Shown one piece after another: positions 34,948 through 47,705 of a stretch of 64,000 nt of DNA; position 1 is the stretch's first letter; each line of letters opens with the position of its first letter. The notes below the pieces were generated by a model. That model saw only the letters and a list, made by a program, of their open reading frames with translations. It was not told the DNA's origin and did not search any database. The stretch lies in assembly GCA_001600815.1 (NCBI GenBank), contig BCKZ01000003.1:124001-188000 (forward strand), in the 5' to 3' direction. The stretch is from Alloascoidea hylecoeti (lineage: Eukaryota). The position numbers and the translations under genes were made by a program.

Positions 34948-36324
34948 TTAAATAGCAACAGACTTGTGGAAATCTTTACCAGCATAAATAGCCTTATCAC
35001 CTAATTCTTCTTCAATTCTAAGGAGTTGATTCAATTTGGCCAATCTTTCGGATCTAGCTGGAGCACCAGTCTTAATTTGTCCAGTTCTTAAACCAACAGC
35101 CAAGTCAGCAATAAAAGTATCTTCAGTTTCACCAGATCTATGGGAAACCATAACACCCCATCCAGCAGCATAAGAATCTTTGGCAGCTTGAATAGATTCG
35201 GTTAAAGAACCAATTTGGTTGACCTTCAATAATAGGGCATCGGCTGCCTTCTTTTCAATGGCTGTCTTGATACGGATAGGATTAGTAACGGTCAAATCAT
35301 CAGCAACAATTTGAATATCAGTAGTTTCGAAAAATTTAACCCATGATTCCCAATCATCTTCAGCAAAAGGATCTTCAATTGAAACAATTGGATATTCAGC
35401 AGATAATTCTTTGTAGAGAGCACCTAATTCTTCACCAGTCAACCATTTACTTGGGTCACTGTCAGGATTCTTGAAATCCAAATCGTATTTACCATCTTTG
35501 TAAAATTCAGAAGAAGCAACATCGAAAGCAATTCCAACTTGACCATCATAACCAGCTTCTTTAATGGCACCATAGACTAATTCCAAAGCTTCACGTGCAG
35601 TTTGGATATTAGGAGCAACACCACCTTCATCACCAACGTTTCCGGCAGATTGACCATACTTCTTCTTAGCCAAAGATTTTAAGGTATGATAAACCTCGGA
35701 TCCAATTCTCATAGCTTCGGAGAAAGTTGGAGCACCAGTTGGAACAATCATGAATTCTTGGAAAGCTAAAGCACCACCGGCATGGGAACCACCATTCAAA
35801 ACGTTTTGGAAAGGAACAGGTAAAACGTATGGAGAAGGAGTTCCAGCTAATTCAGCAATATGTTGGTATAATTCGACACCTTTTTCGGCAGCGGCAGCTT
35901 TTGCAGCAGCTAATGAAACACCAAGAATGGCATTGGCACCAAGCTTAGATTTGTTTGGAGTTCCATCAAGAGATAAAAGGAAAGTGTCAAGGGCAGCTTG
36001 GTCCTTGATGTCAATGTTAGCTTCAATAAGAGCCGGCGCAATGACGTCGTTAACATTGGCAACGGCTTTCAAAACACCTTTTCCTTGCCATTTTGATTTA
36101 TCCTTGTCACGGAGTTCCAAAGCTTCGTGGACACCAGTGGAGGCGCCGGATGGAACAATTGATCTGAATCTACCTTTTTCGGTGAAAAGATCAACTTCAA
36201 CGGTTGGGTTTCCTACAATGTGACGGATTAGCATATTAGCATATATTATAGAAGTTGATGTGGAGAAGCATTACATACCACGACTGTCGTAAATGTATCT
36301 AGCATGAACTTTTGAGATGGCCAT
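34948..36324 (-). CDS. ENO1: Enolase, 2 exons (36324-36279, 36212-34948), 436 aa
   Basis: [23 protein letters not shown] restored across a 66-nt GTATGT...TAG intron; [18 protein letters not shown] and SHRSGETED. Confidence 0.99.
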
Positions 36325-36659
36325 TGTGAATGTGATATCAATTGAGTCAAATAAATTGAGAAGAGGGGAAAATCGAAGGAGAGAGAAGAAGGGGATGGCC
36401 ACTTTTATAATAGGAATTTCGCAAGCAGTTACCCGCATCTGGAAGGTAATTGTGATCTGCCAGAAATCACATTTCGACGATGCTCGTTAGCAGTTGAGAG
36501 TTACAACGTGTGTATTGCAGGATCTACGGGCTCCGGGCAAGGCAAACGGAGAAATTGGGGGGAATTTGGGGACGTGGACAAGGGACTTTAGTGGAGTGCA
36601 GCATCCCTCGATATTCCGGCGATGGAACTGGTATCCCGTGCTCCGGCCTGCTCCGACGT

Positions 36660-36695
36660 GCACGTGCGCGTGGTTACGTAACCACGCGCACGTGC
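36660..36695. promoter_or_regulatory. Perfect 36-bp palindrome GCACGTGCGCGTGGTTACGTAACCACGCGCACGTGC in the ENO1/OPI3 divergent promoter
   Basis: The sequence equals its own reverse complement. It contains CACGTG at both ends and TTACGTAA at the centre; further CACGTGAC (36711) and CATGTGA (36728) lie nearby. The regulatory role is inferred. Confidence 0.8.
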
Positions 36696-36816
36696 CAGCA
36701 GCCAGTAGCCCACGTGACCGCCCGATGCATGTGATTATTTAGTCCCAACATTTCTCGCATCTATTTCTTATAAATTCCACGCTTCCGGCCGTCTCTTCTT
36801 GTGGCCTCAGCTAACA

Positions 36817-37695
36817 ATGGAGCATCTGGAAAAGCTTGCTTCTTTCTTGTCTTGCATAGACCGCTCTAAGCAAAGCTTGAAATGTATAAGACATATATAT
36901 ACACTCTTGTCAATCGACTAGGATACAGACTTAACTAACAGAACGATGAGTAGTATCTCTGATTTCTATTGCTTTCAACCCAATCTTCTGGAATATTGCT
37001 GCTAGAACAGGTAAGATTCCAATTGCTGAAACACAAAACCTCACATAAGTATATGCATCACTAATCCATTTGCCAAGAGTATAAATCCCATTTTTTAACC
37101 AAATTGGCTGGTGGCAGTCCTAAGTTTGGCTGCTATATATTAGCTGTTACCATATTTTCTCTTGGAATCGCAAGAGATCTACTGTAAGCTAACATTTCCT
37201 ACATCTGTCTTTAGCTTTAATGTTAACAAATTCATTTTTCTAGCTATGAAGCTGCTTTAAGGGAACAACCAATATTACCACTTCTTTCAGACGAACCAAT
37301 TGTTAAGTATATTGCTATTTTTTTATTCACAATCGGAAACACTTTGGTTATTAGTTCAATGTGGGCATTGGGGGTAACAGGGACTTATCTCGGCGATTAC
37401 TTTGGAATCTTAATGGATCACAGAGTAACCAGTTTTCCTTTTAACGTTACCAATAATCCCATGTATCATGGTAGTGCATTGAGCTTTTTGGCAACTGGAC
37501 TTTATTATGGCAAACCCGCTGGGATCGTAGTCTCTTTATTTGTTCATATCATGTACTCAATTGCACTAAAGTTTGAAGAGTAAGTTTATATAATTGATTT
37601 TAGCTTAAATGACGGCTGTCTAACAATATTTTAGACCATTCACTGGTAAAATTTATGCAAAAAGGGATCTAGAGAGATCCCAAAAAACAAAATGA
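36817..37695 (+). CDS. OPI3: Phosphatidyl-N-methylethanolamine N-methyltransferase, 5 exons (36817-36883, 36954-37010, 37078-37183, 37244-37579, 37635-37695), ~208 aa
   Basis: IAFNPIFWNIAARTEY, GCYILAVTIFSLGIARD, SMWALGVTGTYLGDYFGILM, FPFNVTNNPMYHGS and EEPFT; 627 nt in frame. The exon 1 donor GTATAA is weak. Confidence 0.92.
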
Positions 37696-38540
37696 ACTAT
37701 TGTATCTAGTCATTAACCAAAAAATATCAAAATAAAAGTCTCATATATATATGAGATATCTTTGTCTGATATATAAATATAATGGGATCCGAAGTTCAAC
37801 ACTTTAAATATGCCTCGGAGGTATTATCTTATATAACTAGTAGTATATACCTATAAATTATTAAGATGAAAACAAAATATGTATTAATAAAATTGCATCA
37901 ACTGTCAATGAGATTACAACAAAGTTGTGAGTAACAACTAGCGTATGAACATAGCTTATGTCAGTTACTCAGATCTACCGTAAGATAAGGTTCTACATAT
38001 TATCTGCTTTAATATTGAGCCGGTGGTTTTTTTTATCAACGTAAACCATTATAAGTAGTTGGAAATACAACCAAGGATCAATAATGGTGAAATCCTATAT
38101 CCGTTTCTTAAAAAGAATATACCCAGATGTATTGAACTATAATCTGAACTCTAATCAAATAAATCACACAATACATAAAATAATGTATTTATGTTATAAC
38201 GTAGGGCCCTGGTAAAATTTCTATGTATTAGAGATGAAGTAATACTTATAATACATAGGCTACAAATTTTAAATGTTATATTTTTAAATGATTTCCGAGA
38301 ATTTCAGGGAAAATTTCAATTTAAGCTGTTATTTTTACCTGTTCGAGTCTAAATACGGATTTGTATAACAACTGTTAATTACTTAATGAATCTACATGCA
38401 TGTGCCAAATTCAGACTCAAATAAAACAAATAAATATATATGATCTGTTGTTCCCTTTTACTTCTTTTTATTATTCATTTATTTATTCATTCCTTCATTC
38501 ATTCATTCGTTTCATTAATTAAGAATCAAAAAGTTGAAAG

Positions 38541-41500
38541 ATGAAGTTGTTTAAAAAGAAAAATCAATCAGAAAAGAAACAATGGAATGGTAACTATGAT
38601 AATGCTAGTCCTTATTCAAATAAATCAGCATTTTCAGATCTTTCTTTTGGTTCAGAATTATCCATAAAGGAAAAAAAATTAAATGATAAAAATCCTTTAA
38701 ATAAAAAAACTGTTGAAATGAAATATACAGTATTTGCATTTTCACAAAGAAGTGATTTATATTTACTTATTCCTGCTATTTTTATTTCTGCTGCAACTGC
38801 AATTGCTGCACCAGCTTTAACAATTTTAATTGGTAGAGTTTTTGGAGTTTTAGGTGATTTTGTAAGTGGTAAAATTACAAAACATGTTTTTATATCAAGA
38901 TTAAGACTTGAATCTTCTGCTATTATTATGCTTGGTGCAGGATTTGTTATTGTTTGTTGGGTTAGTATTTCTCTTTGGGTATGGATTGGTGATAGACAGG
39001 TTAAACAAGTAAGAAGACATTTATTCCAAACATATATGAAGAAAACCATCAATTGGTATGACTTGAATAAGCAAGTTATGGGTGACTTATCAGCATTCAA
39101 TAGGTATGTTTTTGTTTCCATTTTTCTTATAAAAAAAAAAGAAAAAAGTGTTTCAAAAATAAAACTCTAACGTTAAATTTAAAATTTAGATGCGCAGAAG
39201 AAATAAGATCAGGTGCAGGTGAAGCAACCGCTGAATTTATTCAAAGTGCCGTTGCACTTTTGACTTTAATCGGTGTATCATTTTATCATTCTTGGTCTTT
39301 GACTTTAGTTCTACTGTGTTCAACACCTGTTGTTGTAGTACTTGCTAGTCAATTATCTAGATTCCTTGAAAGGTACGTGGCAGGTGAAAATGATTGGAAT
39401 GCAATTGGTTCATCTTTATTTGATTGGACTTTATCATCAATTGAATTTGTTAAATTATCAAATGGTTCTCATCTTGAACTTCAAAAATTCTCAGATGCGG
39501 TTAAGAATTGTTCAAAAAATTTCAAAAAGGCAAGTCATTTATTCTCTATTGAATTAGGTGTAATGAAATTTATAATGTTAGTCATGTTTGTTCAAGGTTT
39601 TTGGTTTGGTTCTAGTCAAGTTCGTAAAGGGAAAATATCTGCAAATGATGTTATGACAGTTTTTTGGTCATGTTTAATGATTGCTGAAACTTTCCAAAGA
39701 ATGATGCCAAATCTTTTAAAAATGAGAAAAGCAAAAGTTGCTGTTAATCAAATTTGTGAATTTATTGAATGGGATAAAATTAAAGATAAATCAAATCCAT
39801 TTAATGATATTCAAAAATTTAAAAATGGTATTAAATTAATGCCAACTGATTGTGAAGGTGATATAAGGGCAAATAATATTACTTTTTCTTATCCTTCAAG
39901 ACCTGATAGTAAAATTTTAAAAAATGTTTCCTTCCATTTTAAAAAAGGTAAAACTACTTTTTTGGTTGGTAAATCAGGATCTGGAAAATCTACAATTGGC
40001 TCTTTATTAGTTAAATTATATGATGAATATTCTGGTGAAATTAAAATTGATGGATTTGAATTAGGTTCTCTTGATCCAAGATGGCTGATTCAAAATATCA
40101 CTTATGTTCAACAAAATTGTACAATCTTTAATGATTCTATTGAGAGAAATATCGCCTTAGGTAAAATAGCTAATGGTGTATCTGATGGAACTGGAGTAAC
40201 TGATCTTGAATTAGGTGGTGCTATTGAATTATCATACCTCACTGAATTAATTGCTACTTTACCCGATGGAATGGATACACAAGTTGGAACTAAAGGTTGT
40301 TCACTTTCAGGTGGTCAACAACAACGTGTAGCATTGGCAAGAGCTATCATTAGAAATACACCAGTTTTGGTTCTTGATGAAGCTGTTAGTGCATTGGATA
40401 TAATTCATAGAGAAGCAATTTATAAATCTATTAGAAATTGGAGAAAGGGGAAAACAACAATTATAATGACACATGAGTTTTCTCAAATTCAATCTGAAGA
40501 TTTTGTTTATTTAATGGAAAATGGTAGCATTTCCGAAGAAGGTTACAAAAAAGATTTAGTAAAAAGAAATGGATTATTTTTCAAATTATCTAATAAATTT
40601 CAACCTACCACTGTTGAATCAGCCAAATCAAGCAAACCAGTACAAAATAAAAGAAGAGGTCGAAGTTCTATTATGAATGGAGAAAGTTCAAGAGTTATGA
40701 GTTTCTATGGAGGAACACCTTTAAACAATTCAGCCATATCAGAAATTTTATCTATTTATGGAGGTGCAGGATTATTTTCTCATGTAGAGAAAAATCAAAA
40801 GTTATCAATTACAGAAAAAGAAAGTAAAATAGAAGTTGTAAAAGCACAACAAACACAAGATGAAAAAGATGAACAAGAACTTCGTCAATTATCAATGATA
40901 ACCTTATTAAAGAAGTTTAAAAAATATTCCATTAAAAGATTTATTGTTTTTGGTGTTTTAATATCTGTTCTTAATGGTATCATTAATCCTATTTTCTCCT
41001 ATTGTTTTTCAAAATTACTTATTGGTATTACACCTAAATCTAAATCAGATATGGAAAATTCTTATCTATTGAAATGGTCAATGATTGTTATGGCTCTTGC
41101 ATTTCTTGATGGTTTAACTTCTTATGGAAAGAATTTTGTCCTCGCTATGGGAGCTGAACATATGATTCGAAAAGTTAGAAATACAGCATTTCGTTTAATC
41201 TTATCACAAAAATTGGAATGGTTTCAAAGAGAAGAAAATCGTGTTTCTGAAATAGCTTCATTAATAATGAATGATACAAGAGAATTAAGAAGTCTGATTG
41301 TTGTGTATATTTCTAATATGACATCTTGTTTAATTCTTCTTTCTATTGGTCTAATTTGGGCTCTTATAACTGGTTGGAAATTAGCTCTTGTGGGTATTTC
41401 ATTGATTCCTGGATTTTTAATTACTTCAATAATATATGCTATTCTAATAGAAAAATCTGAAAGTGGATATAAGAATGCAGTTGAAGATTTAGAATATCTT

Positions 41501-42742
41501 ACCCATGAAACAGTTGAAGGAATTAGAACAATTAGATGTCTTGAACTTCAAAGTTATTTTAGGAATAAATATGAGGCACAAGAAAGTAAAATTGTAGAAA
41601 TCTCGTTTAGAAGAGGTATATTTATGGGATTGGGTCATTCTATTACTTCTTTCTTACAATACGTCGCTCAAGGAGTTCTATTATATTTTGGTTTATATTT
41701 GGTTGGAAAAGGGGAATACAAAGAACAGCAATCATTAACTGTTTTTTCACTTGTTGTTTTCTCGCTTGTATCCGCTGGTCAAGCAGTCACACAAATCCCA
41801 GATGTTACAAAGAGTAAACGTGCAGGACTTCATTTATTAAGATTGTTAGAGTTACCTGCTGAAACTGACGAAACAAGGACTCCAGAGCTCGATGGAGAAC
41901 CAGTTTTTAGAAATCCATTGGTTGAATTCAGGGATGTCAATTTTTCATATCCTTCAAGACCAGATTCTCTTGTTTTACAAAATATCAATCTAAGGATACA
42001 TAAAGGAAATATTACTGCCATTGTTGGTATGTCAGGTTCAGGAAAATCAACAATTGCTAAATTAATCACAAAACTTTACATTGCTAATAATGGACAACTG
42101 TTACTTGGTGGTAATGAAATTAATACATTTGATGTAGGTTATTTAAGGAATAAAATTGCAGTTGTTTCTCAAACTGCTACATTTTATGATGATTCTATAA
42201 AAGCAAATCTACTCTATGGATCAGATTATTATGATTTAAATTACGCTGCACAGCATGAAATTGATATGAGAATTAATACACTATTAGAATTAGTTGATTT
42301 GAGAGATTTTATTAGTTCTTTACCTAATGGCTTAGAAACTCGTCTTGGTTCCACTGAAGGTTCTGGAGGTGGTCAAACACTAGTTTCTGGTGGTCAAGCT
42401 CAACGTCTTTCAATTGTTAGAGCTATGTTGAAAAATCCTGAGATTTTAATCTTAGATGAGTGTACTTCAGCTCTTGATCCGGCATCTGCTGCTCTGATAA
42501 GTTCTTTAATTAAAAACAACATGAGTAAGTCTAGAATGTTTGCCGAGGACTCGAAATATTCTTCAATAGATTTTAGTCAAATGGCTATTGTACTTATAAC
42601 GCATTCTGAAGATATGATGAAAGCTGCAGATACAATTGTTACACTAAAAGAAGGAGTTATTTCGGAAGAGGGAAGTTTTGAGAATTTAATTCATAATCGG
42701 GGAGAGCTTCATCGTATTGTTACTGCTGGATTTGAGGAATGA
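38541..42742 (+). CDS. STE6: ABCB full transporter, a-factor pheromone exporter type, 2 exons (38541-39103, 39190-42742), ~1371 aa
   Basis: TMD-NBD-TMD-NBD with both Walker A (GKSGSGKST, GMSGSGKST), signatures (LSGGQ, VSGGQ) and Walker B motifs. NRCAEEIRSG across the intron and MFVQGFWFG are Ste6-like; convergent with UBA1 as in S. cerevisiae. Confidence 0.9.
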
Positions 42743-42981
42743 TAAGCTTAATCAACATTTGCATTTATAATTATTCAACTTTTTTTATCCTTTATCTCTT
42801 ATCTTTCTTCAATTTAATTTTCATGTTGTATATATTTTTCTAAAATTTGAGACACTATAATTTACTATGTATAATGCTTTTTAAAATAGTTTTAATCTAC
42901 CTTAATTTATTTATTGATATAATATTACCCTATAATATTTACAATAGTACTAATAATAGCGTTATTATAGACTATCTAAGG

Positions 42982-45900
42982 TTATTTATCTAAATGAATA
43001 ACAATGTAAGGAACTTCAACATCTTCATCATTTTCATCATCTGCACAAATTTCAAGAATAAGATTTTGTTTATAATCAGGTATAGGACTTTTTGTAATCA
43101 ATTCAATAAGTTCAGTTATTTTCATATCGTAACGTTCATTTAATCTTTTTTTAGGGAAGAATGAAGCATACAATAAGCTAACACCATATGACAACATCGT
43201 AATTGATAATCCTTCATCACTTTTAAATTTAGTAACGATTTCTTTTAATGTTAAATTACCATAAATATCAAATCTTCCCCAAATATTATCAATTGTTTTT
43301 TTATTATATTTCATAGTTCCAGATTTAATAGGTTCAGAAAATCCAAAAAATGGTAATGCTAAATTAACAAATCCATTTTTATATTGTTCAATGTCTGTCT
43401 TTTCATCAATCACTTTATATAACTCAAGACATACTAACCCAGTAACTAAAGCAGTTGTTGTTGCAATGGCAGGTATAATTTTACCAGCAATAAACTTCGT
43501 TTTTTGCTTATCAGTTGGTTCAATATTATAATTCAAAGCTCTACAATTTGAAGCAGCATTTATAAATTGAATATGATGATTTGTATCATCATCTTTTTCA
43601 AATTCAACGGGATTTAACCTAAAACCTGCTAATGATGAAGGAGTTGGTAAACTTTCTGCTAAGGAAGTTAATTCATCTTGATTAGCTTTAGTTTGAGTTG
43701 TTGGATCAGGATCTGAATCACTTGCTTGAATTTTTACATCTGATTTTGGAGAAAATGAGGGAATATTCATTTTAGAAATAACTTTTGAATATAATTTAAA
43801 GTCTTGATTACCTTTAAGACCAAAATTGAAAGCACGTAAATTAGCAGCAGCAACAACGAAATCAAAATGATTTGAATCATTAATATCAAATATTAAAACA
43901 TTTGGAGCTCTTTTTGGCCCACTCCAAAATGGAGCACCAGTTGTTGTTTTTGCATCTTTTGGAAAATTATATAATAATTGTTGTATATCAAAATTAAATT
44001 TCTTTTCAAATTCTAATCGAGCCCACGATATACAATCTTCAATTGTAATAGGTCTTTCATCAACAAGATAAGATTTAATTGTCTCTAAAACACTTTTTTG
44101 ATCAACTGCTTGTTGTAAAATAGATTCAATAAAATTTGGTTGTGACAAATAAAGATTAACATTTTCAATAGAATCAATGAAAAAACCTTGAAATAAACTT
44201 TTAGCCCATGCAATTGTATGATCAATTTTATTTGGAAAACTTCTCAATGTACATAAAGGAATACTTTTTTCAGGAGGATCTTGTGATGAAGAATAACTTT
44301 CAGTTAAATTTGGTATAATTACTTGAGTATTACCTTTTGTGCCTAAAGTACCACTTTCTAATAAGGGGATCTTGAAAAAAACACATCTTCTATCAACATA
44401 AGTTCTAGCTTCAACATTATCTAAAGCATTAATAACGATATCTAAATCTTCCCAGAATTTTTCAGTAAAGATATCTTCAGTTTCAGGACCAACTTTATCA
44501 TTTAATGGTTTAATTTTATCAATTAATTGTGGATTTATTTTAATAACAGCATTACTCGCAACTGTTGATTTTTGTTTCCCAACATCATTTGATCTAAATA
44601 AAAATTGTCTGTTTAAATTACTTTTTTCAATTGAATCATTATCGGTTACAATAATCTGACCTTTTGGACCAGTTCCTAAACCAAGTAATGACCAATTTTT
44701 TAACATTTCACAACCAATTGCACCTGAACCCACTAGAAACACTTTTAGATTTATTAATTTTTCGTGATATTTTTTACCAAATACAGCAATTTGTGGATCA
44801 TAACGAGAATTTATTGGAGAGCATTGATCTTTTGATCTATATTTTTCTTCTTCAGTTTCAGTTGGTAATGATTCTAATGAATCAAAATATAACCATTGTT
44901 TAATAGGTGTAAATTTACCAGATGATGCTTTTAATACTTCTTGGGCTACTAAACCACCAAAGAAAGCAGTCATTGCAGGTAAATCACCACGAGCTTGATA
45001 TGACAATTCAGTAATTAAATCTTCATTAATTTTCTCCTCATCACCGAAAATAGAAGGATATTCTTCTATTGCTAAATCCTTAACTATATTAATAAGTTTA
45101 GAAGCATCTGTTTGATCATAAGGATTCGGTAAAGTATTACTTTTTTTAATAAATTCATTTAGTCCAATAAAGCCTAAATGTAATTGATTTGGTCTATCAA
45201 ATTTTGCAAAATCTGAAATTAAAAAAGTTGGATTCTTCAATTCTGAATGTAAAGAATTAAATTTTAAAACTTTTGGCATTTTAACTTGAATAAAATTGCC
45301 ACCATTTAAATATTTTCCATTAATATTTTTATCCGCTAGCGGTCCAATATTAAAAGAATAAGGATTCTTTACAGTGATTTTATAAGGATCACCATTATTT
45401 AATTCATCTAATCCAGACACTTCGGTGAACTTAACAAAATCACCATCTTCAAGACCATGTCTATGATCTTCTAGTACAGTAACATTCCCTTCATCATCTA
45501 TATTAGAGATTATGCCTGTTAGAGGGTCTTCACCAGTTTGATCAATTACGGTGAAATTTGGACCTAAATCAACAAACACATTACCAAATAAACCATACAC
45601 AGCAGTAGATATAAAGGAAATACCATTTTGACGCGTAAAATCATTAATTTTTAGTTGTAAATCAAGTGATATTTCAGTAGCAACAATAACCTGAAATTGT
45701 GATAATTTTGAAAAATCAATTGATTTCAAATCATTGCCACCATTAGGATTATCTAGGATTGAAATTGGAACATATTGATTTAGTTGAGATAAAGAAGGTA
45801 ATGAGGATTGATCACGAGGCTTATTAATATCTGATTCAGATAAAAAGAATTGTGTTGATAAATCTTGTATTGAAACAGGAGTTGGATCATACAATGTTAG

Positions 45901-46219
45901 ACTTTTAACACCAGCTAAGGCAATGTTTTTTGCTATTTCAACACCTAAACCTTTTAAACCAATGATAAGGACATTTGATTTGCTCATTTTAAGCATAGCA
46001 TCTTTTCCGAGGACGTACCTGATTGAGAGTAAGGGTTAGAGCAAGAGTCGTGTGGCAGTAGATCAAACAGAAAAAAACATACAGTTGACGGGAGTAAAGA
46101 CCTTCATCAATTTCCCCTTCTGGTTTATCTATTTGCATATCATTTTCCTTTAATGAGATGTTAGTGAGATGTGAATATATTCAAATTCAAATGTCATGAA
46201 CTTAACATACTGAAGACAT
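42982..46219 (-). CDS. UBA1: Ubiquitin-activating enzyme E1, 3 exons (46219-46211, 46147-46083, 46018-42982), ~1036 aa
   Basis: [15 protein letters not shown] restored by splicing; [18 protein letters not shown], catalytic PLCTLRSFP and [10 protein letters not shown]; 3111 nt in frame. Confidence 0.97.
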
Positions 46220-46526
46220 TATTGTAGAGAAGAGAAATGGAGGTTAGTAATGGAAGTATACTGCAAGTTAGATGAATGGGTTTATACTTCATATGATATT
46301 TAGGGCAAATCGTAATTGTCAACATGAGTAATGCGTGGATGAGATAAGTTTATTTTCGTTAGATGTATGTATTATATTTTGGCACATGAAACACGATGGA
46401 ACTTCATTTCTGATTCTACTTCCTGTAATTTCAGGGTCTACAAACATATACATTCAACTAAAATTTTTCTGTTTTCTTATCACTTCCACTCTTTATTTTT
46501 GGTCTTTTTTTTTTTTTTTTAAGAAA

Positions 46527-47705
46527 ATGGCAATTAAAAGAAATAGAACAAGACAAATCATTTTGATTGCTGTTCTTGCTATAGTGGCAGTTTTCATTTT
46601 CTTAAAATCGTCAAAAGCGATATCAACAAAAGATTTGCATATTGTTGATGAAGTTGTCTTTTCATTAAACTCTCGTTCAAATGATCAAATTTCTAATGAA
46701 GCCAGAGCTATATTACGTAAATTTGAAGAAACTGCTAATAAGCTCGTTGAACAACAGAGTGCAAGACTCGATCAGTTGGAAGAACAAAGACGTGCCATCG
46801 AAAAACAACTCCAAGAGTTGAGACGACCACCAGCCGGTGCAAGTTTTAGAGAACAACTTGCTTATTTATTTCCGTATGATCAAAGTAAACGGTTCCCTGC
46901 TTATATATGGCAAACATGGAAATATGGTCTAAACGATGAAAGATTTGGAGAATTGTTAACTGAAGGAGAAAGAAGTTGGACCGGTAAAAATCCAGGATTT
47001 GTTAAAGAATTATTTAATGATGATACGGCCACCGCTGTTATTCGACATTTATATATTCATTTGCCACAGGTCCTTGAGGCATGGAATGCGATGCCAACTA
47101 CGATATTACGAATGGACTTTTTCCGATATTTGATGTTATTTGCACGAGGAGGAGTGTATGCTGATATTGATACTATGCCATTACAACCCGTTCCAAATTG
47201 GATTCCCGAAAATGTTCAGGCTAATGAGCTTGGAATGATTATTGGATTGGAAGCCGACCCTAGCACAAGTCCTAAAGACTGGAAAGGAACCTATGCCCGA
47301 AGAATCCAATTTTGTAACTGGGTATTTCAAGCCAAACCGGGCCATCCAATCTTACGCGAGGTTGTTGCTAGAATTACAGAAAACACCCTGGAAAGAAAGA
47401 AGAACAACGACTTGAAACTAAGTGAAGATAATCGAAATATTGAAGTTATGAACTGGACGGGAGCAGGAATTTGGACAGATATCATATTCACATATTTCAA
47501 CGATTATGTGCAAAGTGGAGTGTTTTCACAAGTAACGTGGAGAGATTTCTCACGGTTGGAGATTCCACGACTTGTTTCGGATGTTTTGGTACTTCCCATC
47601 ACGAGTTTCAGTCCTGGAATAGGGATCATGGGAGCCAAAGATGAGGACCATCCATTAGCATTTGTCAAGCATTATTTTCACGCCTTGTGGAAAGAAGACA
47701 ACTAG
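46527..47705 (+). CDS. HOC1: GT32 alpha-1,6-mannosyltransferase (Och1/Hoc1 family, Hoc1-like), ~392 aa
   Basis: Signal-anchor after ATG 46527, coiled-coil stem, FPAYIWQTWK, DFFRYL..FARGGVYADID (DxD), AKPGHP and DVLVLPITSFSPG. HOC1 rather than OCH1 is inferred from the stem and from linkage to OPI3. Confidence 0.75.
   Translation: MAIKRNRTRQIILIAVLAIVAVFIFLKSSKAISTKDLHIVDEVVFSLNSRSNDQISNEARAILRKFEETANKLVEQQSARLDQLEEQRRAIEKQLQELRRPPAGASFREQLAYLFPYDQSKRFPAYIWQTWKYGLNDERFGELLTEGERSWTGKNPGFVKELFNDDTATAVIRHLYIHLPQVLEAWNAMPTTILRMDFFRYLMLFARGGVYADIDTMPLQPVPNWIPENVQANELGMIIGLEADPSTSPKDWKGTYARRIQFCNWVFQAKPGHPILREVVARITENTLERKKNNDLKLSEDNRNIEVMNWTGAGIWTDIIFTYFNDYVQSGVFSQVTWRDFSRLEIPRLVSDVLVLPITSFSPGIGIMGAKDEDHPLAFVKHYFHALWKEDN

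Noticed and set aside
36494..36742. Two short ORFs across the GC-rich ENO1/OPI3 intergenic island
   Set aside because: Open only because GC-rich DNA lacks stops; non-ATG starts; the region is better explained as a promoter.
37700..38540. Search for an a-specific (Mcm1-alpha2/a2) operator or pheromone-response elements upstream of STE6
   Set aside because: No convincing CC-N6-GG site with flanking CATGT/CATTGT, and no TGAAACA cluster found by eye.
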